From the NCBI GenBank assembly GCA_964574895.1, contig CAZNPB010000006.1, positions 16,879 through 80,878 of the forward strand: a DNA stretch of 64,000 nt, read 5' to 3'. Shown here in pieces: positions 25,078 to 33,805 of this stretch (positions within the stretch are counted from its first letter, which is position 1; each line of letters begins with the position of its first letter). The DNA is from an uncultured Eubacteriales bacterium (GTDB taxonomy: Bacteria; Acidobacteriota; Aminicenantia; Aminicenantales; Saccharicenantaceae). The notes below the pieces were generated by a model. It saw only the letters and a list, made by a program, of their open reading frames with translations, made no database searches and was not told the DNA's origin. Position numbers and translations under genes: made by a program.

Positions 25078-28000
25078 TCAGCGCTCGAGAGTGTCGAAGA
25101 GCGGCTGGGCGGGCCGGACCGCCGGGCCTTCGTCGGAGACCGTGACGGCCAGGACGCGGATGCGGGGGTCGTTGGGAAGCGTCAAGCTCGACGCCCCGGG
25201 CGGCACATCGAGCGCGTAGGCGAACAGGTATGAATAGGCGTAGGGGTCGTTCGTGCCGTCCTGCAGGTGCCGGTGCGAGGCGAACCAGGCCACGGCGGCC
25301 GGTTTGACGAAGCCGGGGACGAGGCCGGCATACTCCTGAACGGTCCGCAGGCGGGGCGCGCCGGTCGCGGCGGCCGGGCCGGGTGAGCCGCCGGGCCGGG
25401 CCGGGGCGATCTCCTGGCGGGTTGTCCAAACGCGATTGTCCCACTGGCCGATGTAGCCGCCCCAATCCTGGACGACGAGCTCGACCGTCCGGTCGCCGAT
25501 CTTGAAGGCGGCCTGGCGGTCCCCGGCGGCCGAGGCGGCCAGGATGTAGACCCGGCCTTTCGGGCCGGCCGGAAGCGGCACGACCTGGCCGCGGGCGGTC
25601 GCGGCGTTGCGTTGTCCGGCCGGGCCGAGCGCGAACTCGACGCCGGCGTAAGCGATCCGGGCTGGCAGCATTTCGGCGGGATAGGACCGGCCCTCGCCGT
25701 CGAAGCCGCCGACCGGGACCTGGCCGTCGGGCGTGGCCGCGTTGATATCGTAAGCCAGGGGCACGCCCGCGAACTTGGGGGCCGCCACGCGGGTCGGGGC
25801 GGGACCGAGCTTGACGGCGAAGGAGCGGACCTGGAAGGGCCCGAAATCGGCGACCAGCGCGCCGCCGGCGAGCCGGGCCGGCCCGACCGCGTCCTCGACG
25901 CCGTTGATCTCGCGGGCGGCCCGCAGGGGCGCGGCGAAGGAGATCCTGACGCCCTTGGCCGGCCGGCCGCTCATCTCGACCAGGCGGACGACGATCTCGT
26001 CGCCCTGCTCGGCCTTCTTCAGCGCCAGGGCCCGGACGCGGGCGTGGCCGACCGTCATCAGCGACAGCGACCTGCCCAGGGCCCCGTCGTGGGCCGGGAC
26101 GACGAACGCGGCCGGCGGCTGGTCGAGCCGCAGGCCCTGCCAGTCCGTGCCGCCGCGGCGGAAGTCACCGGCGTGGCCGGCCAGGCCGTAGACGAACTCG
26201 TGCCGGCCCCAGTCCTGCGAGGTCTGATCGGTGTAGCCGCGCGTCCCTTCCATGCCCGGCGTGCGGACGAGGGTCAGGCGCAGGGTGTGGTCGTCCGGCT
26301 TGTCCGAGCCGAACTTGGCTTCGGTCAGGAGGGTGGCCCCGAAGGCGCCCGAGGCGTCGGTCAGGTCGACCCACTGGTGGGAGGGCATCTCGAACTGCTT
26401 CTCGCTGTTCGTCGGCCGCTCGATCGTGCCGATGTCCCAGTTGTAGGTCGCGACCTTGTTCCTGGCGGTGAGCGGGAAGACGGCCTTGAGATGGCTGGCC
26501 GGCGTCTTCCAGTCCACGACCGTGGCGAACTCGACCCGGTCGGCGGCGCCGCCGGCGGCCAGGCGGATGGTCTGGACGAAGGTCGAGCCCTCAACCTGGC
26601 GGCGGACCTCGATGGCCGCGCGGGCCGGGCCGTTCTCGACGACGCGGATCTCGGCCGGACCGCCGACGAAGGCCCGGGGCTCGCGGCTCTGGTCGGCCCA
26701 GTCCATATTCCAGGCCGGCCACTGGGCCGGCTTGTCGGTCTTGATCTCGAGACGGGCGGGCCCGGCCAGGAGCTCCCGGCCGGCCGCCTTGTCGAAGATG
26801 GAGGAAACGTCGCCGTCGGCGTTCAGGGCGACGCGGTAGCGGGCGTTCTCGAGCGACGCGGGGCCGGCCATGAGCGCCGAGGCCATGGGCGTGCCCGCCG
26901 GCCGGACGTCGAAGACGGCGAACCCGACCGGGGGGACCTTGGCCGGGAAGACGACCCGGCCGTCGCGGAGCTGGGCCGGCGCTTCACGGCCGTCGGGGCC
27001 GAAGACGCGGACCGCCTTGGGCGTCCCGCCGGGGAAGTCGACGGCTGCCTCGACGATGTCCTCGCGGGCGACGGACAAGCCGTTGCTGACGACCACGGCC
27101 GCGCCCTCGACGCGGGTGTCGAGGGCCGCGGAGACCGAGGCGACGGCGTCCGTTAGCACGCCGCCGAACTGGTTGAGGGCCAGAAGCTCGTCGTTCCAGG
27201 AGTACTCGTAGGCCTTGGGGATGCTCGTGCCCGGGATGATGTCGTGGAACTGGCCGCCCATGACCAGGGTCCAGGCGTCGTTGAGCCGGCGCCGGGGATA
27301 GGCCCGGCCGCCCAGCCACTCGGCGGCGACCGCGGCCCGCTCGGCGTCGTCGGCCAGGACCTCGTTGCGGCGGTTCCAGCGCTTCATGGCGGCCTGCGAG
27401 GTGATGGACCCGGCCGAGTGATTGGTCAGCTCCAGGTCGCCCTTGTAGCGGGGGAGCTTGGCCCGGACCTCGGGGGTGATGTCGCGGAAGAGCTGGTCGG
27501 ACCGGGCCGAGATGACGCGGACCGGGCCGTCGCCGACCCGGACGGCCGGGGCGCCGGGCGCGGGCGAGGCCCACTCGCCGGTGACGATGGCCTCGGCCAA
27601 GGCGACCGAAGGCTCGCTGGGCGAGCCGCCGGTGTCGCCGGTGCCGTAGTACATGTAATCGGCGTAAAGGCCGGAGGCCCGCCCGTCGAGGGCGATGCGG
27701 GCCGGCCAGTCGATGGCGGCGCGGGGCTGGGGCCGTCCGGCCGCAGCCGGCGCGGGCGGCGGCGGCGTCTTGGACAGGTCGTAGGTCACCGAGCCGGTAT
27801 AGTCGCCGGCGTTGAGCGCGGCGACGACGCTTTGTCCGTCCAGGCCTTCCCAGACGCCGACGTTGAAAGGAATGCCGGCCGGCGTCTGCTCGGGCGAGTC
27901 CGGGCCGCCGACCGGGGCGAACGAGCCCCACGACAGCTTCTGGGTCGAGAAACCGAGCAGGCCGCAGTGGGCCAGGATGCTCGGCAGCGAGGCCGGGAAG

Positions 28001-28509
28001 CCGAAGCAGTCGGGCAGCATGTATTCGGCGCTCGTCTTGCCGAACTCGGCCCGGAACCATTGGGCGCCGTAGAGGACCTGGCGGATGGTCGATTCGGCAG
28101 AGGGGGAATTGACGTCGTTCTCTTCCATCGAGGAGCCGGAGGGATACCAGCTGCCGGCCGCGACGTAGAGCCGGAGCTTGTCGTAGGCCTTCGGATAATA
28201 TTCCTTGATCATCCGGTAGCGGTTGGCGCCGCTGAAGTTGAAGACGTAATGCGGGTACTTCTCGAAGAGGTCGAAGTTGGTCCGCAGGGTCTTGGGCAGG
28301 TACTCGCGGATGGTGGTGGGATAGTCCCAGCGCCACTGGGTGTCCAGATGGGCGTAGCCGACGAGATAGAGCGTCGGGGCCTTGGGATCGGGCTGGGCGG
28401 GCCCGGCGGCGTTCCGCGCCTGGCCCGCGGACGGGGCGGGAAGAAGGGCCGGAAGGAGAAGAGCGGCGAGCAGGGCGACGATGGGGATCCGGCGGACGGC
28501 AGTGCGCAT
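25078..28509 (-). CDS. glycoside hydrolase family 38 (alpha-mannosidase), secreted
   Basis: GYAHLDTQWRW GH38 N-terminal signature. Signal peptide from the internal ATG 28509. >1100 aa. Confidence 0.8.
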   Translation of the reverse strand: MRTAVRRIPIVALLAALLLPALLPAPSAGQARNAAGPAQPDPKAPTLYLVGYAHLDTQWRWDYPTTIREYLPKTLRTNFDLFEKYPHYVFNFSGANRYRMIKEYYPKAYDKLRLYVAAGSWYPSGSSMEENDVNSPSAESTIRQVLYGAQWFRAEFGKTSAEYMLPDCFGFPASLPSILAHCGLLGFSTQKLSWGSFAPVGGPDSPEQTPAGIPFNVGVWEGLDGQSVVAALNAGDYTGSVTYDLSKTPPPPAPAAAGRPQPRAAIDWPARIALDGRASGLYADYMYYGTGDTGGSPSEPSVALAEAIVTGEWASPAPGAPAVRVGDGPVRVISARSDQLFRDITPEVRAKLPRYKGDLELTNHSAGSITSQAAMKRWNRRNEVLADDAERAAVAAEWLGGRAYPRRRLNDAWTLVMGGQFHDIIPGTSIPKAYEYSWNDELLALNQFGGVLTDAVASVSAALDTRVEGAAVVVSNGLSVAREDIVEAAVDFPGGTPKAVRVFGPDGREAPAQLRDGRVVFPAKVPPVGFAVFDVRPAGTPMASALMAGPASLENARYRVALNADGDVSSIFDKAAGRELLAGPARLEIKTDKPAQWPAWNMDWADQSREPRAFVGGPAEIRVVENGPARAAIEVRRQVEGSTFVQTIRLAAGGAADRVEFATVVDWKTPASHLKAVFPLTARNKVATYNWDIGTIERPTNSEKQFEMPSHQWVDLTDASGAFGATLLTEAKFGSDKPDDHTLRLTLVRTPGMEGTRGYTDQTSQDWGRHEFVYGLAGHAGDFRRGGTDWQGLRLDQPPAAFVVPAHDGALGRSLSLMTVGHARVRALALKKAEQGDEIVVRLVEMSGRPAKGVRISFAAPLRAAREINGVEDAVGPARLAGGALVADFGPFQVRSFAVKLGPAPTRVAAPKFAGVPLAYDINAATPDGQVPVGGFDGEGRSYPAEMLPARIAYAGVEFALGPAGQRNAATARGQVVPLPAGPKGRVYILAASAAGDRQAAFKIGDRTVELVVQDWGGYIGQWDNRVWTTRQEIAPARPGGSPGPAAATGAPRLRTVQEYAGLVPGFVKPAAVAWFASHRHLQDGTNDPYAYSYLFAYALDVPPGASSLTLPNDPRIRVLAVTVSDEGPAVRPAQPLFDTLER

Positions 28510-28622
28510 GATGACCTCGCTTGTTCGTCCCTTCGTCGGGACCAATAAGCTCCCTAGGATAGTCCAACGCGGGTCAAAAGGGAATCCGGCCCGCCGCGCC
28601 GAAGAAACCGGAAAGATCGGAC

Positions 28623-28665
28623 GGGGTCAAACCTACAATTTTTCGAAAATTGTAGGTTTGACCCC
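28623..28665. repeat. palindromic repeat element copy 2
   Basis: GGGGTCAAACCTACAATTTTTCGAAAATTGTAGGTTTGACCCC. Overlaps the last ~11 codons and stop of the 28633-31047 gene. Confidence 0.85.
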
Positions 28666-31047
28666 ATCGATGATCCGGACGGGGGACCAGCGGTCCGTGG
28701 TCGTGCCGTCGCCGACCTGATAATCGAGGTTGTGGCCCCAGGCCCAGACCGAACCGTCGGAAAGGACGGCCAGGGTATGGTCCAAGGCGGCGCCGACCGC
28801 GACCGCCGGCAACGGCAACCCGGTCACGACGACGGCGACGGACCGGTTGGCGTCCGTCCCGTCGCCGAGCTGGCCGTAGAAGTTGAGGCCGAACGACCGC
28901 AGGGCGCCGTCGACGAGGATGGCGACGGTGTCGTAGGAGCCGGCGACGGCGCCGGCGACGGTGGTCAGGCCCGTCGCCTGGACGGGCGTCGGCACGGTCA
29001 TCGGCTGGGCGCCGTTCCCGAGCTCCCCGGAGGAGCCCGAGCCCCACGACCAGAGCGACCCGTCGCTTTTGACGGCCGCCGTGTGATAGCCGCCGGCGGC
29101 GATGGCCGCCACCCCGGTCAGGCCGGGCACCGGCGCGGGGAACAGGCGCGTGGTCGTCGAACCGTCCCCCAGCTGGCCGTAGCCGTTGTGGCCCCACGTC
29201 CAGACCGTCCCGTCCGACTTCAGGGCGACGCCGTGACGATCGCCGGCCGCGATGGCTTTAACGCCGGTGAGCCCCACGACCTGGACGGCGACGTAGCGGT
29301 CCGTGGTCGTGGCGTCGCCGACCTGCCCGTCGCTGTTGCTGCCCCAGGCCCAGACCGTGCCGTCGCCCTTCAGCGCGTACGTGCCGTTCTCGCCGGCGGC
29401 CAGAGCGACCATCCCGGAGACGCCCGCCGCGGTCACCGGCGAAAGGCGCTGCGAGTTGCCGGCGTCGCCGAGTTGGCCGTAAAGGTTGCGGCCCCAGGTC
29501 CGGACGGTGCCGTCGCCCATCAGGGCCGCCGAGTGATATTGCCCGGCGGCCACGGCGACGACGCCGGCCAGGCCCGCGATCGGGGCCGGGGCCGGGCGGG
29601 GGCTCGTGCCCCCGTCGCCGATCTGGCCCTCATAATTGCCGCCCCAGGTCCAAACGGCGCCGTCGCTTAGGACCAGGACGGAGTGGAACCGGCCGGCGGC
29701 GACGCCGACCCGCTTGTATTCGCCGTCCGTGACCGCCGAGGCGCCCAGGCCCGAGCGATACGCCGCGGCCCGCAGGGTCAGGGTCCGGTCGATCCGGACC
29801 GGCGACGTATAGAGCGTGCCGGCCGTCTGGCTCGGCGTCGAGCCGTCCGTGGTGTAGCGGATGGACGCCCCCGCCGTCGCGGTCGTGATGGCCGCGTCAA
29901 CGGCCGCGCCGATGAATCCCGGCGGCACGCCGAACTGCGGCGCCGCGACGGCCGGGCCGATCTCGTAGGCCCCGGACGCGACCGGCGAGGTCGTCCAGCC
30001 GGCCCGGTAGGCGACGGCCTTGAGCGTCCCCGACGCGGCCAGATGCACGGGCCCGGCGTAGAGGGTCCCCGCCGTCTCGGTCGGGGTCGAGCCGTCGAGC
30101 GTGTAGCGGACCGCCGCGTTGGCCGTGGCCGTGGCGATGGCGACGTCCTGCGGTTCCTGGTACGCTCCCGGGGCCGGGCTGAACTCAGGGGCCAGGACGA
30201 AGAACCCGATGGTGTAGGCGCCGGACGTCACCGCCGACGTCCGCAGGCCCGTCCCGAAGGCGACGGCCTTGACGGTGGACGACGCGGCCAGGTGCGCGGG
30301 CCCGGCGTAGAGCGTGCCGGCCGTCTCGGTCGGGGTCGAGCCGTCCGTGGTGTACCGTATGGAGGCCCCGGCGGTCGCCGTGGTCATGGCGATGTCCTGG
30401 GCGTCCGGATATTCCCCGGGCGGCGGGCTGAAGACCGGGGCCTCGGCCCGCGGCCCGATCAGATACTCGCCCGACGTCGTCACGGACGTGGTCCAGCCGG
30501 ACTGATAAGCCGCCGCCTTGAGGGTCAGCGACGCGGCCACATGGACGGGACCGGCGTAAAGGGCGCCGTTCGCCGCGCTCGGCGTCGAGCCGTCCGTGGT
30601 GTAGCGGATGGCGGCCCCGCCCGTCGATGTCGCGATGGCCACGTCCTGGGCCGTGAGATATTCCCCCGCGGGCGGGTCGAAGACCGGCGCGGCGACGAGC
30701 GGCGCGATGGTGTAGTCGCCCGACGTCACCGTCGACGTGGTCCAGCCCGTCCGGTAGGCGACGGCCTTGAGGGTCAGGTTGGAGGCGACGTGGACCGGGC
30801 CGGCGTAGACCGTCCCCGCCGTCTCCGTCGGCGTCGTGCCGTCGGTCGTGTAGCGGATGGCCGCGCCGGACGTCGAGGTGGCGATGGCGACGTCGATCTC
30901 GGCCGAGTAGGTGGCCGGCTGGGGGCTGAGCACGGGCGCGGCGACCGTGGTGGCCGGCGGCTCCTCCTCGTTCTTGACGGCGCAACCCGCCGCGATCAGG
31001 AGGGCGATCGGGACGGCCAGGACGGCGGAGCGGGCTCGATGAGTCAT
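28633..31047 (-). CDS. lipoprotein with five tandem ~87-aa chitobiase/hexosaminidase-C-like (Ig/Fn3-like) repeats and a C-terminal RCC1-repeat beta-propeller
   Basis: Lipobox LIAAGC. Five repeats each carrying …IRYTTDGSTPT…Y.GP… Then ~7 RCC1 blades (…DGTVWTWGxNxxGQLGDG…). Confidence 0.75.
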   Translation of the reverse strand: MTHRARSAVLAVPIALLIAAGCAVKNEEEPPATTVAAPVLSPQPATYSAEIDVAIATSTSGAAIRYTTDGTTPTETAGTVYAGPVHVASNLTLKAVAYRTGWTTSTVTSGDYTIAPLVAAPVFDPPAGEYLTAQDVAIATSTGGAAIRYTTDGSTPSAANGALYAGPVHVAASLTLKAAAYQSGWTTSVTTSGEYLIGPRAEAPVFSPPPGEYPDAQDIAMTTATAGASIRYTTDGSTPTETAGTLYAGPAHLAASSTVKAVAFGTGLRTSAVTSGAYTIGFFVLAPEFSPAPGAYQEPQDVAIATATANAAVRYTLDGSTPTETAGTLYAGPVHLAASGTLKAVAYRAGWTTSPVASGAYEIGPAVAAPQFGVPPGFIGAAVDAAITTATAGASIRYTTDGSTPSQTAGTLYTSPVRIDRTLTLRAAAYRSGLGASAVTDGEYKRVGVAAGRFHSVLVLSDGAVWTWGGNYEGQIGDGGTSPRPAPAPIAGLAGVVAVAAGQYHSAALMGDGTVRTWGRNLYGQLGDAGNSQRLSPVTAAGVSGMVALAAGENGTYALKGDGTVWAWGSNSDGQVGDATTTDRYVAVQVVGLTGVKAIAAGDRHGVALKSDGTVWTWGHNGYGQLGDGSTTTRLFPAPVPGLTGVAAIAAGGYHTAAVKSDGSLWSWGSGSSGELGNGAQPMTVPTPVQATGLTTVAGAVAGSYDTVAILVDGALRSFGLNFYGQLGDGTDANRSVAVVVTGLPLPAVAVGAALDHTLAVLSDGSVWAWGHNLDYQVGDGTTTDRWSPVRIIDGVKPTIFEKL
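29640..30950. repeat. five tandem ~261-bp intragenic repeats (the Ig-like modules of the RCC1 lipoprotein)
   Basis: Five protein repeats of identical 87-aa length with 50-70% identity. Borders approximate. Confidence 0.7.
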
Positions 31048-31080
31048 GGGAACCCCCGGGATCGAGGATTTTCTGCGGAC

Positions 31081-31110
31081 ATCATAGCCCCGGTTTCGAC
31101 GGGCTGTCAA
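31081..31110 (-). promoter_or_regulatory. promoter for the RCC1 lipoprotein gene (minus strand: -35 TTGACA at 31110-31105, 18-nt spacer, -10 TATGAT at 31086-31081)
   Basis: Read as the revcomp of tgtcaa…atcata. Confidence 0.4.
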
Positions 31111-31154
31111 CGCCGCCGCCCTTTCGGCCGCGCCCGGGCCCTCGTCGGCGCTCG

Positions 31155-32882
31155 TCAGCGCGCGTCGTGGACGATCCTGCCCCCGACCATGGTCAGCAGC
31201 ACCGTCGTCCCCGCGATCTCGTGGGGGTCGATCTCGAAGATGTCCTGCGAGACCATGATCAGGTCGGCCAGCTTGCCGGCCGTGAGGGAGCCCTCGTCCT
31301 TGTCCCGGTGCATGGCGTAGGCCCCGCCCATGGTATAGGCGTACACGGCCTCGGGGAGCGAGACCTTGTGCCGGGGCAGCCAGCCGCCTTCCGGCCGGCC
31401 TTCGAGGTCCTGCCGCGTCACCGCGACCTGGAGCCCCGGCCAGGGATTGATGGTCACGACCGGCCAATCGCTGCCGAAGGCCAGGCCGCCGCCGCCGTCG
31501 AGCACGGCCTTCCAGGCGAAGGCCCGCTGCTCGCGCTCCGGTCCGGCGTTCTTGATCCAGCTGCCGATCCAGCCCGGCTCGGGATTGGCGTGCAAGGGCT
31601 GGAAGCTGCCGATGACCCCGAGCCTCCCGAAGCGGGGGATGTCGGAGGCGGCGATGTCCTCGGCGTGCTCGATCTTGTTGCGGACGTCGGCCGCGCCGGC
31701 GGCCCGCTGGCCCTCTTCGTAGGCGTCGAGCGACAGGCGGATGGCCGCGTCGCCGATAGAGTGGGTCGAGACCTGCAGGCCCCTGGCGTTGAAGGCGGCC
31801 ACGGCCTTCTTATAGTCCTCCGGCGTCCAGAAGAGCTTGCCTTTGTTCTCCTTCTGGCCCTCGTAGGGGTCGAGCATGGCCCCCGTGCCGGAGTCGATGA
31901 CGCCGTCGAGCATGAGCTTGATGCCGTCGACGGCCAGCCACTCGTCGTGGCAGCGGGCCCGGGCCTCGTCGTAGGCCCGCCAGTCCTTGTCGGTCGGGCC
32001 GGGCGCCTCGACCCACATGGCGGCCGTCATCCGGACGGTCAGCCCGCCCTCCTGGCGGATCTTCTCGAAGACGGCCAGGTCCTCGAACTCGCCGCCCAGG
32101 CCGTGGACCCGGACGACGCCCCGGCGGGCCGCTTCCTTCAGGCCCTCGCGGACGGCGGCCAGCTTTTCGTCGGCCGTGGGCTCGGGGATGAGCCGGGAGA
32201 CGAGCGAGGAGGCCTCCTCGAGCAGGGCCCCCGTCGGATCGCCCTTGGCGTCGCGCACGATCCGGCCGTTCTCCGGGTCTTTGGTCCGCCGGTCGACGCC
32301 GGCCAGGGCCAGGGCCTTGCTGTTGACCCAGCTCGAATGCCCGTCGGCGCAGCGCATGTAGGCGGGCCGGTCGGCGACGAGGTCGTCGAGGATGCCCTTG
32401 TCGGGCATGTTGCCGGGAAAGACCGGGTACATCCAGCCGCGCCCCTGGATCCATTGGGCCTGGGGATTGGCGGCGACGAAATCCCGGATCCGGGACCGGA
32501 TCTCGTCGACCGTCTTGGCCCCGGCCAGGTCGACGACGGCCATGTTCAGCGAGCCGCTGACGAAATGGACGTGGCTGTCCTCGAAGCCGGGCAGGACCAG
32601 GCGGCCGCCGGCGTCGACGACCCGCGTCGTCCCGGCCTTGTAGCGGGCGATCTCCTTGGCCGATCCGACGGCCAGCAGGCGGCCGTCCTTGACGGCCACG
32701 GCCTCGGCCCAGGGCCGGGCGGCGTCCACGGTGTAGACCCTGGCGCCGGTGACGATGGTATCGGCCGCGGGCCGGTCCGGCGCGCAGGCGGCCGTCAGCA
32801 GGGCCAGGGCCGCGAGGCCCATTACGAAAGAACGAACGGAAGTGACGATGGCGGACTTGCGGGGCTTCCTCATGAGCCGCAT
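31155..32882 (-). CDS. secreted metal-dependent amidohydrolase (Amidohydro_3-type)
   Basis: …LPGFEDSHVHFVSGS… metal-binding HxH, later HxxD/H motifs, signal peptide. Alternative start at 32873. Confidence 0.75.
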   Translation of the reverse strand: MRLMRKPRKSAIVTSVRSFVMGLAALALLTAACAPDRPAADTIVTGARVYTVDAARPWAEAVAVKDGRLLAVGSAKEIARYKAGTTRVVDAGGRLVLPGFEDSHVHFVSGSLNMAVVDLAGAKTVDEIRSRIRDFVAANPQAQWIQGRGWMYPVFPGNMPDKGILDDLVADRPAYMRCADGHSSWVNSKALALAGVDRRTKDPENGRIVRDAKGDPTGALLEEASSLVSRLIPEPTADEKLAAVREGLKEAARRGVVRVHGLGGEFEDLAVFEKIRQEGGLTVRMTAAMWVEAPGPTDKDWRAYDEARARCHDEWLAVDGIKLMLDGVIDSGTGAMLDPYEGQKENKGKLFWTPEDYKKAVAAFNARGLQVSTHSIGDAAIRLSLDAYEEGQRAAGAADVRNKIEHAEDIAASDIPRFGRLGVIGSFQPLHANPEPGWIGSWIKNAGPEREQRAFAWKAVLDGGGGLAFGSDWPVVTINPWPGLQVAVTRQDLEGRPEGGWLPRHKVSLPEAVYAYTMGGAYAMHRDKDEGSLTAGKLADLIMVSQDIFEIDPHEIAGTTVLLTMVGGRIVHDAR

Positions 32883-33079
32883 TATAGCCGATTCCCGCGC
32901 CCGCGGGCCACCTATCGGGCCTTCGGGAAGGCCGGGCTCATGACCGACGCGGCCCGCTGACGGACCGCTCCCCGGCGTCCCGCCTGTCAAGCGCGAAGAT
33001 GCGCAACAATCGGGCCCGCGGCTCCGTATTCCGAAAGGGAGGCCGCCCTCCCCGGAGCCGCCTCGAGAGGAGAACGAAT

Positions 33080-33769
33080 GTGAGCGCTTATCGATCCGCC
33101 GCCCGCTTCCGGGTCGCCGCCTTGGCCGCGGCCGCGCTTCTTGCCGCCGCCGCCGTCGCGGCCGCTCAGGAACGTCCCCAGCCCGAACAGATCCAGAAGC
33201 ACCCGCCGCTCGAGGTCACGGTGCCCGACTTCCCGGCCCAGGGCCTGATCCTGGACATCGGGGGCGGCGGGGAAGGCGTTATCGGCCAGATCAAGGGCCG
33301 TCAGGTCGTCGCCGTCGACCTGGTCAAGCGCGAGCTCGAGGACGCGCCCGGCGAGCCGCTGCTCAAGATCGTCATGGACGCCCGCGACCTCAAGTTCCTG
33401 GACGGGAGCTTCGACACCGCGACCGTCTTCTTCACCTTCATGTACATCGCCCCGGAGGACCACGCCAAGGTCTTCCAGGAGCTCGCCCGGGTGCTTCGGC
33501 CCGGCGGCCGGCTGCTGATCTGGGACGTCGTTTTCCCGCCGAAAGAGGACGAAAGCAAGCTCTACGTCCTCTATCCTCTGCGGATCGCCCTGCCGGCCAA
33601 AGCCGTCAACACGGGTTACGGCGTGAAGTTCGCCGACGACCAGGGCGCGGACCACTTCCTGGATATCGCCGGACGGACGGGCTTCGAGCTCATCGGCCGG
33701 CAGAGCTCGAACGGCTGGTTCTTCCTCGAGCTCCGCAGAGCGGCCGCCGCGCCGGCCCGGGCCCGCTAG
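33080..33769 (+). CDS. class I SAM-dependent methyltransferase with signal-like N-terminus
   Basis: LDIGGGGEG (GxGxG motif I), acidic motif II VDLVKRELEDA. GTG start 8 nt after AGGAGA. Confidence 0.7.
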   Translation: MSAYRSAARFRVAALAAAALLAAAAVAAAQERPQPEQIQKHPPLEVTVPDFPAQGLILDIGGGGEGVIGQIKGRQVVAVDLVKRELEDAPGEPLLKIVMDARDLKFLDGSFDTATVFFTFMYIAPEDHAKVFQELARVLRPGGRLLIWDVVFPPKEDESKLYVLYPLRIALPAKAVNTGYGVKFADDQGADHFLDIAGRTGFELIGRQSSNGWFFLELRRAAAAPARAR

Positions 33770-33805
33770 GCCTCGAGCCGGCCGGAGCGTCGCCCGGACC
33801 CGGCC

